64,000 bases of DNA, from NCBI RefSeq assembly GCF_004010195.1, contig NC_057736.1, forward strand, positions 929,452 to 993,451, read 5' to 3'. A model generated the notes under the pieces. That model saw only the letters and a program-made list of their open reading frames with translations, made no database searches and was not told the DNA's origin. The DNA is from Chiloscyllium plagiosum. Taxonomy: Eukaryota. The position numbers were made by a program, and so were the translations under genes. Positions 1 through 11,684 of the stretch are shown piece after piece (positions within the stretch are counted from its first letter, which is position 1; every line of letters starts with the position of its first letter).

Positions 1-121
1 CTTCTGTTCCTAGGTTTTACTGTTGTAATTACATACATGCATAATGTGAACATAGTCATGAAGATAGCAAATTAATGGAATAAGTTACTGCAACACTCCA
101 TAAGTTGTGTGTTATACTTAC

Positions 122-214
122 AGTATCTTTTGCACAAGAGAACACTAAATCACCTTCTCTGTTGTATTTAATTTGAGTGATTGATCTTTCATGACCTTGT
201 AACAGGATGGGCTT
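122..214 (-). CDS. EIF3I: Eukaryotic translation initiation factor 3 subunit I, coding exon 2 ([31 protein letters not shown]); gene continues beyond the left edge
   Basis: Translation nearly identical to the known EIF3I N-terminus; minus-strand acceptor tttttgcag|AAG at 215/214 and donor ACT|gtaagt at 122/121; 93 nt, phase 0-0. Confidence 0.97.
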
Positions 215-519
215 CTGCAAAAAAAATTTAAGAAGCGATGTGTTACAGCAACAAAACAAGATCCATTAATTACTCAATTTCAAAATTTCAATTCATTGAT
301 AAAATGCTAAAACTCTGTAAATCTCCTCAGGTTTAAGGGCCACAACTCATTTTTGGACTACAGAACCATACTTCTCTCTCCCTCTGCAATACTCATCATG
401 ATCATCCCAGTATATATTATCTACATTATTACATTTTAATACACACCATGACCTCTTTATGTTATCTGCAACATTACTCTTCAATAACTCATATGATAAC
501 CAACAAACTGTCTTGGTCT

Positions 520-1116
520 TCCCATGCAACGGTCATGGCAGCGCAAAACGTCTCTTCTTCCACATGAGGCTTCGGAAATTCAGCATATCCATAAGGACCC
601 TCACCAACTTTTACAAATGCACCCAGAAAGCATCCTATCTGGGTGCATCACGGTCTGGTACAGCAACTGCTCTGCCAGGGACCGTAAGAAACTACAGAAA
701 GTTGTGCGCACATCCTATATCATTACACAAGCAAACCTACCATCCATGGACTCCATCTACACTTCTCGCTGCCACAAAAAGGCAGCCAACATCATCAAAG
801 ACCCAACACATCCCGGTAATGCTCTCCTACAACCTCTTCCATCAAGCAGAAGATACAAAAGTTAAAATGTATGCACCAATAAGTTCAAAAACAGCCTTGA
901 CCCTGCTCATATCAGATTGCTGAATGGATCGTTCTACTATCAAATATTATGATCTTGTTTTTATGCACCTCCTGTATAGCTATAACTTTGTATACCTCAC
1001 TCTGTCTAAACACCCTATGATCTAAGTCCTTGTACGCTATGATCTGCCTGTACTGCTCACAAAACAAAATTTTTCAGCGTACTTAGGTACAAATGACAAC
1101 AATAAATCAAATCAAA
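520..1116 (+). mobile_element. Rex1/Babar-type LINE 3' fragment (EIF3I intron 1)
   Basis: Frameshifted RT C-terminus ...RLRKFS...ESILSGCITVWYSNCS...IIKDPTHPG...LPSSRRY; tail aataaatcaaatcaaa. Confidence 0.8.
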
Positions 1117-1139
1117 AGTACTCACTGTCACCTCTCCAT

Positions 1140-1860
1140 CTCTATATTGTCTACATCACTCTCTAACACTCACTGCATCCCCCCATCACTATATTATTTA
1201 TATTACTCTCTAACACTATATTCTCTATAATATTACTCTCTAACACCATATTATCTATATTACGGGGGAAAGATTTAAAAGGGACCTAAAGGGCAATCTT
1301 TTTGCACAGAGAGTGGTGTGTGTATGTGATGAGTTATCAGAGGAAGTGGTGGAGGCTAGTATAATTTTAACATTTAAAAGGCATCTGGATGGGTATATGA
1401 ATAGGCAGGGTTTAGAGGGATATGGGCCAAGTGTTGGCAAATGGGACTAGATTAGGTTAGGATATCTGGTCAGCATGAACGTGTTGGGCTGAAGGAGCTG
1501 TTTCTGTTCTGTACATCTCTATGACTCTATGGTTACCCTCTAACACCATATTATCTACATTATTACTGTCTAACACCATATTATCTACATTATTACTGTC
1601 TAACACTACATTATTACTCTCTGGTACCATATTATCTACATTATTACTCTCTAACACTACATTGTTACTCTCTGATACCATATTATCTACATTATTACTC
1701 TCTAACACTACATTGTTACTCTCTGATACCATATTATCTATATTATTACTCTCTAACACCATATTATCTACATTATTACTCTCTAACACCAAATTATCTA
1801 CATTATTACTCTCTAACACCAAATTATTACTCTCTGATACCATATTATTACTCTCTAACA
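1140..1860. repeat. AT-rich minisatellite (30-bp and 21-bp units, core tattactctctaacaccata), interrupted by a CR1 3' end at ~1264-1530
   Basis: Tandem copies are visible directly; source of the repetitive ORFs 1457..1861 and 1521..1925. Confidence 0.9.
1264..1530 (+). mobile_element. CR1/HER1-type LINE 3' end
   Basis: gggggaaagatttaaaagggaccta...ctctatgactctat tail, shared with copies at 14510-15228 and 52972-53670. Confidence 0.8.
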
Positions 1861-1865
1861 CTCAC

Positions 1866-1868
1866 CAT
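1866..1868 (-). CDS. EIF3I: EIF3I exon 1 coding part (initiator ATG only, then intron)
   Basis: Minus strand reads gcagcATG|gtgag. Joining in phase 0 to exon 2 gives [10 protein letters not shown]. Lies in the CpG-rich region. Confidence 0.9.
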
Positions 1869-1989
1869 GCTGCTTTTGATGATGATGTGACTCTGAGAGT
1901 CGGCCTGAAAAGAATACGGAAGTGACGCATCTGCACGCCGCCGGAACTGACCCTACGTGGGGTCAGGGGTGAGGGGGTGATGCGATGCC
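1869..1989. promoter_or_regulatory. Bidirectional CpG-rich promoter and 5'UTRs of EIF3I and TMEM234
   Basis: 121 nt between divergent ATGs; ETS/GABP sites CGGAAGTG (1917-1924) and CCGGAA (1941-1946); TGACGC CRE half-site; pyrimidine tract CTTCCGTATTCTTTTC on the EIF3I strand. Confidence 0.85.
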
Positions 1990-2002
1990 ATGGCGACGGT
2001 CG
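1990..2002 (+). CDS. TMEM234: Transmembrane protein 234, coding exon 1 (MATV+G)
   Basis: Kozak gccATGG; donor G|gtgagt; phase 1 matches exon 2. Confidence 0.88.
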
Positions 2003-2040
2003 GTGAGTGATCTCCCCCAGTCTCCACAATGTCCGCCTCT

Positions 2041-2090
2041 CGATCCCGATCCCGATCCCGATCCCGATCCCGATCCGGATCCGGATCCCG
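2041..2090. repeat. (GATCCC)n hexamer microsatellite in TMEM234 intron 1
   Basis: About 8 tandem gatccc/gatccg units. Confidence 0.9.
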
Positions 2091-2342
2091 GGGACAGGCC
2101 ACCCCCGGGTCACTCTCGGTGTTGTTAGGACTGAAAGCCCCCTCCCTCCGGTGTTAATGTGTCATTGGGATTAGGAAGGGAACCAACACGCTCACATTAA
2201 CCTGTCAAACACTATCGTACATTTCTAAAATATATTGACACAAACTGTTTGCTGACATCTGCAGCGAGGTTATGCATCACTTTAAAATATACAGGAGAGA
2301 GATGAATGTCATCCTTCTTATACCTTTATCTATTTAATGAGA

Positions 2343-4188
2343 CAAAGTTTGTGAGAAGATTTGTAGCTCGGGTGCTCGTTGCTGTGGTTCTGTTCGCCGA
2401 GCTGGAAGTTTTTGTTGCAGACGTTTCGTCCCCTGTCTAGGTGACAGCCTCAGTGATTGGGAGCCTCCTGTGAAGCGCTTCTGTGGTGTTTCCTCCGGCA
2501 TTTATAGTGGCCTGTCCCTGCCGCTTCTGGCTGTCAGTTCCAGCTGTCCGCTGCAGTGGCCGGTATAATGGGTCCAGGTCAATGTGTTTGTTGATTGAAT
2601 CTGTGGATGAGTGCCATGCCTCTAGGAATTCCCTGGCTGTCCTCTGTTTGGCTTGTCCTATAATAGTAGTGTTGTCCCAGTCGAACTCATGTTGCTTGTC
2701 ATCTGAGTGTGCGGCNNNNNNNNNNNNNNNNNNNNNNNNNNNNNNNNNNNNNNNNNNNNNNNNNNNNNNNNNNNNNNNNNNNNNNNNNNNNNNNNNNNNN
2801 NNNNNNNNNNNNNNNNNNNNNNNNNNNNNNNNNNNNNNNNNNNNNNNNNNNNNNNNNNNNNNNNNNNNNNNNNNNNNNNNNNNNNNNNNNNNNNNNNNNN
2901 NNNNNNNNNNNNNNNNNNNNNNNNNNNNNNNNNNNNNNNNNNNNNNNNNNNNNNNNNNNNNNNNNNNNNNNNNNNNNNNNNNNNNNNNNNNNNNNNNNNN
3001 NNNNNNNNNNNNNNNNNNNNNNNNNNNNNNNNNNNNNNNNNNNNNNNNNNNNNNNNNNNNNNNNNNNNNNNNNNNNNNNNNNNNNNNNNNNNNNNNNNNN
3101 NNNNNNNNNNNNNNNNNNNNNNNNNNNNNNNNNNNNNNNNNNNNNNNNNNNNNNNNNNNNNNNNNNNNNNNNNNNNNNNNNNNNNNNNNNNNNNNNNNNN
3201 NNNNNNNNNNNNNNNNNNNNNNNNNNNNNNNNNNNNNNNNNNNNNNNNNNNNNNNNNNNNNNNNNNNNNNNNNNNNNNNNNNNNNNNNNNNNNNNNNNNN
3301 NNNNNNNNNNNNNNNNNNNNNNNNNNNNNNNNNNNNNNNNNNNNNNNNNNNNNNNNNNNNNNNNNNNNNNGTCTTTGTTGATAGGTTCCCGGTCTTGTTG
3401 TCTGTTCTGTATGTCCAGCAGTTTGGCTATTGTTTCTCTGGCTAGGGCTTTGTCAATAGAGGTGAACAGTGCTGTTACGTCGAATGAGACCATGGTTTCT
3501 TCCTTGTCTATATGTATGTTTCTGAAGATGTCCAAGAATTCCTGTGTTGATTGTATAGAGTGTCTGGATCCGCTGATCAGGTGTTTCAGTTTCTGCTGTA
3601 GTTCTTTAGCCAGTTTGTGTGATGGTGTCCCTGGTAGTGATACTATGGGTCTGAGTGGGATGTCTGGTTTGTGCACTTTAGGTATTCCATAGAATCTGGG
3701 GGTGTTGTTGCTTTCAGGTTTCATTCTTTGTAGGTCAAACCTGGTTATCTGTCCATTTTTTGTAGATTCCTCAGTGTGTTATTTATCCTATTAGTGAGCT
3801 GTGGGGTGGGGTCAAACTCCATCTTTTGGTAGCAAGACCAGCTATCCCTAGTAGCCACACACGCAGATGACAAGCAATATGAATTCGACTGGGACAACAC
3901 TACTATTATAGGACAAGCCAAACAGAGAACAGCCAGGGAATTCCTAGAGGCATGGCACTCATCCACAGATTCAACCAATAAGCACATTGATCTGGACCCA
4001 ATATACCGACCACTGCAACGGACAGCTAGAGCTGACAACCGGAAGCAGCAGATTCAAACCACTACAAATGCCGGAGGAAAGATCACAGAAGCGCTTCACA
4101 GGAGGCTCCCAAGCACTGAGGATGTCACCTAGACAGGGGACGAAACGTCTGCAACACAAATTCCCAGCTCGGCGAACAGAACCACAAC
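2343..4188 (-). mobile_element. Penelope-like element (Poseidon-type RT), 5'-truncated with an inverted 3' segment, spanning an N gap; 11-bp TSD ATTTAATGAGA
   Basis: ORF 2699..3724(-) PRFYGIPKVHKPDIPLRPIVS...MVSFDVTALFTSI is a PLE RT; 2343-2715(-) and ~3830-4188(+) are inverted copies of the GIY-YIG C-terminus/3' end; TSD at 2332-2342 and 4189-4199. Confidence 0.9.
4113..4152 (+). ncRNA. Minimal hammerhead ribozyme core in the PLE terminal repeat
   Basis: gcaCTGAGGA-tgtcacctagacaggggac-GAAACGTC^tgc: CUGANGA and GAAA boxes, GUC triplet, palindromic ACGU helix III. Confidence 0.7.
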
Positions 4189-5013
4189 ATTTAATGAGAT
4201 GTCAGTGTAGCTGGCTCATACAGCATTTGTTGCTGACCCCTAATTACACTTGAGAATGTGGTAGTATCACCATCATTTATGCCATAATGAACAGCGATTT
4301 GTACAAAATGAGACGTATTTTCAAATGGCCTGAAAAACTCAAACTTTTCATTTCTTGAGTTCCTTGGATGAGTCTGGAAATGGAGACTCATTTTCCTCAA
4401 AGTGTCTATCTTCGTCACGTATCAGGCTGTAATGTGATACCTCAGTGTACTTACGTTTGGGTTTACTAGGTAAAGAAGTTTAGAATATTTATTTTAGCTT
4501 TTTGGAATCAATTCCTAAAAGCTCAGCAGTCCCCAACCTTCTCAATGTAGTTCTAAGGTTACAAGTAGACACAATCAAGAATTTTGCTATTTACATAAAT
4601 ATAAAAATTTAACCAAAAATTAAACTGGTAATGATGACATGTACTCCTGATGTGCTTTCAAACAGTCGTGTTTTGTTTTGATAAGGGGAGCATGTTGAAT
4701 AATATCTTATACTGTGCCCTTGAAATGGAGGTTTGAAATTTGTGTTGGTTCATGACATTATTGTAGGTCCTGTATTTCTGCTGTGCATGAGTACAAAGTG
4801 CTACACTAATAAGCTGATTTATAGAATTTGAAACTGAAGCACTGCATGCTCACAGGACATTGCATAATTCTTGTCTTCTTTTCTCATTTTACTCAAAATA
4901 GCCAATGTGGCTTGGCCACATATTGTAGATATTTTCTTGATATGTCACCAATGGAACAGAAAAATGAATCTATAGGATTTAGTTAGAGTCTTGGTCCATG
5001 CCTTTTATTTCAG

Positions 5014-5165
5014 TGGAAGTTTGCTGCCTGTTCCTCGTGGCACTCCTTTGGGGTGGAACAAACCCCTTTCTGAAAAAGGGCACGGAGGGAATAGAGAAGG
5101 TTAAGTCTAGAAACATTGTCATTCAGCTCTTCGCAGAGGTTAAGTTTTTATTTCTTAATTACAAG
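5014..5165 (+). CDS. TMEM234: TMEM234 exon 2 (VEVCCLFLVALLWGGTNPFLKKGTEGIEKVKSRNIVIQLFAEVKFLFLNYK)
   Basis: LWGGTNPFLK family motif; acceptor ttttatttcag|, donor AAG|gtaaga. Confidence 0.95.
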
Positions 5166-5712
5166 GTAAGAAAATTACTTTGGAATACTGTACTTTATTG
5201 CATTCTTAAAATCATGTGGACTGCCATAAGGAGAATTACCGAGTTTTAGTTTTAGTCATCTCTATTTTAATTGATAAATATTTCTAGGTTGTAAACCTGT
5301 CCATGATTTGCCATTAATGCACTTTTACCATCTTCCTTTCTCTACACTAACCAAAACCACAAAGTTAGCGTTCATTTATTATCAGCCCAAGGCCAAGCAT
5401 GTATCTGTTTAGCATTTCGTTTCCAATAGCCTGCCCGCTGCAGTTATGACAGAATGCATGCCTGCTTTTCATTGCTTTTTCCCTAACCTTACCAAACTGT
5501 TCAATTAAACCCATAGAACAATTCACTGAATTGATGTTTTCTTACTGTTGTTGCCCAATTCTCCAACTCTGACAGCCATTAGTCTAACCATGAACACCAT
5601 GCTTCCCCCAACCTGATCTCCGTCCTGCTCTTTAACTGTGCCAGAATGACTTTGATCCTTGCAGCTAGTCAGTGTTTGCTCCCCAGTCTTTCTCTGACAG
5701 AGTTTAAAAAAC

Positions 5713-6080
5713 TGAAAGAACTACAGATGCTGGAAATCAGAAACAAAAAACAAATTGCTAGAAAAGCTCAGCAGTTCAGGCAGCATCTGTGGAGAGGAAT
5801 CAGGGTTAATATTTTGAGTCTGGTGTCTCTTCCTCAGCAATTTCTGTGTTTGTAGCCAGGAAAAAAGTTGATTGCAATGCAGAAGATAGGCTGGTGGGGC
5901 TGGGGGCATGGTAAGGAATAAACGATAGGTGGACATAGAGTCCAAGAGGGAGAATAGTTGGAGTGGATAAAGGTAGGTTCTGGAGCATGAATGCTACTAA
6001 TGGGGACTAACAGTGGCTAACAATAAGTAGCGTATAATAGCAGACCATGTGATAACAAGATTTGGTGTGTGGGGATTGCC
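5713..6080 (-). mobile_element. Older PLE-derived terminal-repeat fragment
   Basis: cagatgctggaaatcagaaacaaaa...ctcagcagttcaggcagcatc, related to the PLE ends elsewhere (e.g. 12625-12720, 48490-48590, 50810-50900). Confidence 0.55.
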
Positions 6081-6095
6081 CAATCTATAAATCAG

Positions 6096-6314
6096 GCAGC
6101 ATCCAGGGAACAGGAGAATCGACGTTTCGGGCATAAGCCCTTCTTCAGGAATGAGGAAAGTGTGTCCAGCAGGCTAAGATAAAAGGTAGGGAGGAGGGAC
6201 TTGGGGGAGGGGCGTCGGAAATGCGATAGGTGGAAAGAGGTCAAGGTGAGGGTGATAGTCCAGCAACACATTTTCAGCTCTGATCTCCAGCATCTGCAGA
6301 CCTCACTTTCTCCT
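6096..6314 (-). mobile_element. Short inverted PLE insertion with intact hammerhead (6121-6148, minus); 15-bp TSD CAATCTATAAATCAG
   Basis: Minus strand CTGAAGA-AGGGC-TTAT-GCCC-GAAACGTC; orientation flips at ~6259; TSD at 6081-6095 and 6315-6329. Confidence 0.8.
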
Positions 6315-6774
6315 CAATCTATAAATCAGACAATCTGTCAACTGGTGAGCCACATCAAACAGCACATCTCACTGACCATTCTCAGCTGGAAGCAGCCCAT
6401 TTATACTCAACCCACCCCATGCTTGCCAGGCTCAGAAAAGTGTATCCGCCATTAAATGTGATTCTGTTATTGTAAGACATTTATTAAACAATTAAGTTTG
6501 CACTAAAAGTAAGACTGGAAACCAAGATCATCAGCGTTGCTTGCAGTGCTTATTTTCGAAGCTACGTACAAAAATACTTAGGACCCTGTTTAATGTAGGC
6601 AAAAGGAATTTATATGTACATTGCACTGTTTTCATGGAGAAATGATATGGCCATGGGGAACTGCCAATCTTTGCTGTATTCCCATGGAGATACTGGTAAA
6701 TCAGAATCTACTTGCCTGCTCTGAAAATTAAAATTAATACCATTGGTGTCCCAGCCAATTACCATGCTTATAAA

Positions 6775-7185
6775 GTCATACAGCACAGAAACAGACTCTT
6801 CAGTCCAACCAATCCACGCCAAACATCACCCTCATACACTCCATGAAAAACATCCCAACCCATCTATATAACTCAAACATTCCATACCTGGCAACATCCT
6901 GGTAAATCTCTTCTAAACCTTCTCCAGCATAATAATATCCTTCCTATAACTGGGAGACTTAGAACTGGACAAAGTATTCCAGAGGACGCCTCAACAATGT
7001 CCTGTATGACCTCAACATGACTTCCCAACTACCAAAGGACTGAGCAATGAAGGCAAGCATGCCTTTTTAACCAACTTGTCTATATGTGTCGCCAACTTTA
7101 AACATTATGTACCTGAACTCTTGGATCTCTCTGTTCTAAAACACTACCCATGGCCCTACCATTCATTGTATAAATCCTACCCTAC
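6775..7185 (-). mobile_element. CR1 LINE 3' fragment
   Basis: Homologous to 8396-9425. Confidence 0.65.
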
Positions 7186-7575
7186 CTCTCCTTGTTAGGT
7201 AAACAGCACTTCCCAGCAATACTAGGAATTTTAAGAAGAATCAAAAATTGAAGGAACTACAGTTTTCAACCATTGCTATCCGACCTCATGTTCAAACATG
7301 TTCTTTGAAACTTGTACAAACACATCACAGGATTTTTCTCGATGACATTTTCTGCCAATGATGGAAACGGAACAATATCAACATGTAGCTCTACTGGGCG
7401 ATCCGTATTTTAGTATCGACATACATTTTCTGTATAAATTGGTGTCCATTTTAAACATTTTTTTTGCATTCTAGTTCTTGATGAGAACTGTTTGTCTCCT
7501 TTTAGCAGTGTTTAAGCAGGAACTGTTATTATGAATGCAATGGGTAAGCATTTTCAACAAAAAGATTCCACATAT

Positions 7576-7875
7576 GGGCACGGTGGCACGGTGATTAGCA
7601 CTGCTGCCTCACAGCGCCGGAGACCCGGGTTCAATTCCCGCCTCAGGCGACTGACTGTGTGGAGTTTGCACATTCTCCCCGTGTCTGCGTGGGTTTCGTC
7701 CGGATGCACCGGTTTCCTCCCACGTTCCAAAAATGTGCAGGTTAGGTGAATTGACCATGCTAAATTGCCCATAGTGCTAGGTGCAGGAGTAAATGTCGGG
7801 GAATGGGTCTGGGTTGGTGGGTCAGTGTGGACTTGTTGGGCTGAAGGGCCTGTTTCCACACTAAGTAATCTAAGT
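7576..7875 (+). mobile_element. HE1-type tRNA-derived V-SINE
   Basis: A/B-box head gggcacggtggcacggtgattagc...gggttcaattccc; V-core gtgtggagtttgcacattctccccgtgtctgcgtgggttt; CR1-derived tail gggcctgtttccacac. Confidence 0.85.
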
Positions 7876-8395
7876 AAAAGTCAGCACTGAGATAAGTATC
7901 CAGTTACTCTGTTTGTGGTGATGTGAATTGAGAAGAAATTATGCTTAACACACTGGGAGACAGCTGGATATAATATGTTGGAAGCCTTACTCTGAGAAAA
8001 TCTTGTCACTGCTTTGTTAGCAGAACTGCCTGCAATGACCTCAAAGTACTCCTACATTCCTCAATCCTGGAGTGCTACTCTTGTTGATTCCTCCAAATGT
8101 TTTCAGATCCTTTTCCTAATAATTCCAAATGACACTTCTCCTGCTAGCAATGCGATATTCCATAACAGCTTCGACCTTTTTCCCTTGACTTCTCCAGTGC
8201 TCTGTCACAACAACCCTGTCCTTCATGGTGAATCTTGATGGCCGTGCTAATTCTCAATTACTGCCACGTGCAATTCCTTTGATCTAATACCTAACCACCT
8301 ACAATCTGGAGCATCTTGCAACTTCTTTCTCTATGTTCTGTGTTTCCTTTTAAAAATAAAGGTTCAAAGATCTATTGTTCACAATTATCGCCACT

Positions 8396-9425
8396 GATAG
8401 AGTCATACAATACGGAAACAGACCCTTTGGTCCAATTTGTCCACGCCAACCAACTTTCCCAAACTAATCTACTACTTGCCTGCATTTGGCTCATATCCCT
8501 GTAAACCTTCCTGTTCACGTACCTGTCCAAATGCCTTTTAAATGTCGTAACTGAACCTGTATCTACCCCTTCCAGCAGCAGTCCATTCCACATATGAACC
8601 ACCTGTGCGTGAAAAGGTTGCCCCGCAAATCCCTTTTAAATCTTTCTCCTTTCACTTTAAAAATATGTTTTGAACTTCCTAACCCTAGGGAAAAGACCTT
8701 TGTTATTCACCTTATCTGTGCCCCTCGTGATTTTATAAACCTCAATAAGGTGACCCTCAACCTCCACCGTGCCGCCCACCTGTGCGTGAAAAGGTTGCCC
8801 CGCAAATCCCTTTTAAATCTTTCTCCTTTCATTTTAAAAATATGTTTTGAACTTCCTAACCCTAGGGAAAAGACCTTTGTTATTCACCTTATCTGTGCCC
8901 CTCATGATTTTATAAACCTCAATAAGGTGACCCTCAACCTCCTAAGCTCCAGTGAGAAAAGTCCCAGCCTATCCAGCCTCTCGTAATAACTCAAACCCTC
9001 CAGTCCTGGCAACATCCTTGTAAATGTTTTCTGAACCCTCTCCAGCTTAATAATGTCGTCCTACAGCAGGGTGACCAGAACTGTATGCAATACTCCAAAA
9101 GTGACCTCGCCAATATCCTGTACAATCGCAACATGACTCCAATCCTCAATGGAGCAATGAAGGAAAGCATGCTGAATACCTTCATAACCACTGTGTCTAC
9201 TTGTAATACAACTTTCACAGAACTATTTATCTGAACTCTTAGGTTTATCAACACTCCCCAGGACCTTACCATTCACTGTATGAGTCCTGCCCTGTTCATT
9301 TTACAAAAATGCAACAGCTCACATTTATCCAAGTTAAATTCCATATATCACTCCTCGGTCCATTTGATTAAAGCCCTTTTGTAATCTTAGGTAAAATTCT
9401 TCACTTTGGTGTCATCTACAAACTT
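8396..9425 (-). mobile_element. CR1 LINE 3' portion with internal 177-bp-period duplication
   Basis: ORF 8991..9272 LYRILARSLLEYCIQFWSP; 8599-8765 repeated at 8776-8942. Confidence 0.8.
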
Positions 9426-9594
9426 ATAAAGATTAGCGTAGATTTAGACTTTGAACAATAAAAAAAATTGCTAATTCAATGCAATATGCCATAACAAAAA
9501 AAATGAGTGTGTGTGGTTTGTTTACCCTGATAATAATTTGAGCATGTTGTAGGAAGGAACAGTATCTCCTCTCTTTGAACACAGCAAATCCAAT

Positions 9595-11035
9595 AGACAA
9601 TAGGTGCAGGAGTAGGCCATTCTGCCCTTGGAGTCTGCACCACCATTCAATATGATCATGGCTGATCATCCTTAATCAGTATCCTGTTCCTGCCTTATCT
9701 CCATAACCCTTGATTCCACTATCCTTGAGAGCTCTATCCAACTCTTTCTTAAATGAATCCAGAGATTGAGCAGCACAGAACAGGCCCTTCAGCCCACGAT
9801 GTNNNNNNNNNNNNNNNNNNNNNNNNNNNNNNNNNNNNNNNNNNNNNNNNNNNNNNNNNNNNNNNNNNNNNNNNNNNNNNNNNNNNNNNNNNNNNNNNNN
9901 NNNNNNNNNNNNNNNNNNNNNNNNNNNNNNNNNNNNNNNNNNNNNNNNNNNNNNNNNNNNNNNNNNNNNNNNNNNNNNNNNNNNNNNNNNNNNNNNNNNN
10001 NNNNNNNNNNNNNNNNNNNNNNNNNNNNNNNNNNNNNNNNNNNNNNNNNNNNNNNNNNNNNNNNNNNNNNNNNNNNNNNNNNNNNNNNNNNNNNNNNNNN
10101 NNNNNNNNNNNNNNNNNNNNNNNNNNNNNNNNNNNNNNNNNNNNNNNNNNNNNNNNNNNNNNNNNNNNNNNNNNNNNNNNNNNNNNNNNNNNNNNNNNNN
10201 NNNNNNNNNNNNNNNNNNNNNNNNNNNNNNNNNNNNNNNNNNNNNNNNNNNNNNNNNNNNNNNNNNNNNNNNNNNNNNNNNNNNNNNNNNNNNNNNNNNN
10301 NNNNNNNNNNNNNNNNNNNNNNNNNNNNNNNNNNNNNNNNNNNNNNNNNNNNNNNNNNNNNNNNNNNNNNNNNNNNNNNNNNNNNNNNNNNNNNNNNNNN
10401 NNNNNNNNNNNNNNNNNNNNNNNNNNNNNNNNNNNNNNNNNNNNNNNNNNNNNNNNNNNNNNNNNNNNNNNNNNNNNNNNNNNNNNNNNNNNNNNNNAAG
10501 CTTTCTGAAAGTCCAGGTACACTACATCTATTGGATCTCCCTCGTCCATCTCCAGAGTTACATCCTCTAAAAATTCCAGAAGATTAGTCAAGTATGATTT
10601 CCCCTTCATAAATCCATGCTGACTCTGACCTATCCTGTTACTACTACCCAGATGTGTCATAATTTCATCCTTTATAATAGACTCCAGCATCTTTCCCACC
10701 ACTGAGGTCAGACTAACTGATCTATAATTTCCTGCTTTCTCTCTCCCACCTTTCTTGAAAAGTGGTACAACATTAGCCACCTTCCAATCCGCAGGAACTG
10801 ATCCCGATTCTATTGAACTCTGGAAAATAATCACCAACGCATCCACGATTTCTCGAGCCACCTCCTTCAGTACCCTGGGATGTAGACCATCAGGCCCCAG
10901 GGAATTATCAACAGTCTCTCCAACACCAATTCCTGGCAAATATAAATTCCCTTAAGTTCAGGTCCTTCAGCCACTGTTACCTCTGGGAGATTGCTTGAGT
11001 CTTCCCCAGTGAACACAGATCTGAAGTACCAATTC
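9595..11035 (-). mobile_element. CR1 LINE fragments on both sides of an N gap (RT N-terminal part)
   Basis: ORF 9749..10939 GPDGLHPRVLKE...VPADWKVANVVPLFKKG...QHGFMKGKS...VYLDFQKA. Confidence 0.85.
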
Positions 11036-11053
11036 ATAAGGATGGCAGTTTGA

Positions 11054-11369
11054 TTAGATTAGATTCCTTACAGTGTGGAAACAGGCCCATCAGCCCAACC
11101 AGTCCATTCCGACCCTCCGAAGAGTAACCCACCCAAACCCATTTCCCTCTGACTAATGCACCTCACAATATGGGCAATTTAGCATGGCCAATTTACCTGA
11201 CCTGCACATCTTTGGACTGTGGGAGGAAACCAGAGTACCCGAAGGAAACCCACGCAGAGATGGGGAGAATGTGCAAACTCCACACAGACAGTCGCCCAAG
11301 GTTGTAATTGAACCTGGGACCCTGGTGCTGTGAGACAGCAGTGCTAACCATCGAGCCACTGTGCCGCCC
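11054..11369 (-). mobile_element. HE1-type V-SINE
   Basis: Reverse complement of 7576-7875 family; (ttaga)n tail. Confidence 0.85.
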
Positions 11370-11617
11370 TATCCCACTGGGATATCTCAGTGTGTTGTCT
11401 GGCTCTGAGCTGGACCTGGATTCACATTTGCCTGTAAAATAACCTCAGTAATTAATACCTACTACAATTACCTGGATTAGTCTGTCTGGCATAAGGATTT
11501 TAAAGGGCAGAGCAAAGTACCAGGCCTATTCCAGACTCCAGCCAACACATAAACAACATCTTCGGATCTTGTGAAAAACAGTGTCTACTTGTTTTTCTTT
11601 CATTTAATGTCTTTCAG

Positions 11618-11684
11618 TATTTAGTGCCTTTTCTTCTCAATCAAAGTGGATCAGTCATCTACTACTTCACTTTGGCTTCTACAG
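11618..11684 (+). CDS. TMEM234: TMEM234 exon 3 (YLVPFLLNQSGSVIYYFTLAST)
   Basis: PFLLNQxGS motif; acceptor ctttcag|, donor CAG|gttggt; phase 0 to 1. Confidence 0.95.

Noticed and set aside
1877-1897. C/D-box snoRNA (TGATGA...CTGA)
   Set aside because: Boxes are only ~10 nt apart and lie in the promoter/5'UTR
1457-1925. ORFs with (VLESNNVDNM)n / (ILSTLLLSNT)n repeats
   Set aside because: Translations of an intronic minisatellite in EIF3I intron 1; no splice or start context
2483-3724. Long ORFs across 2716-3370 (and 9749-10939 across 9803-10497)
   Set aside because: Length is inflated by N runs; only the flanking PLE and CR1 RT parts are real
7576-7650. tRNA genes (A/B boxes here and at 11290-11369, 30094-30170, 59430-59498)
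   Set aside because: Boxes continue into SINE bodies and LINE-derived tails; no complete cloverleaf
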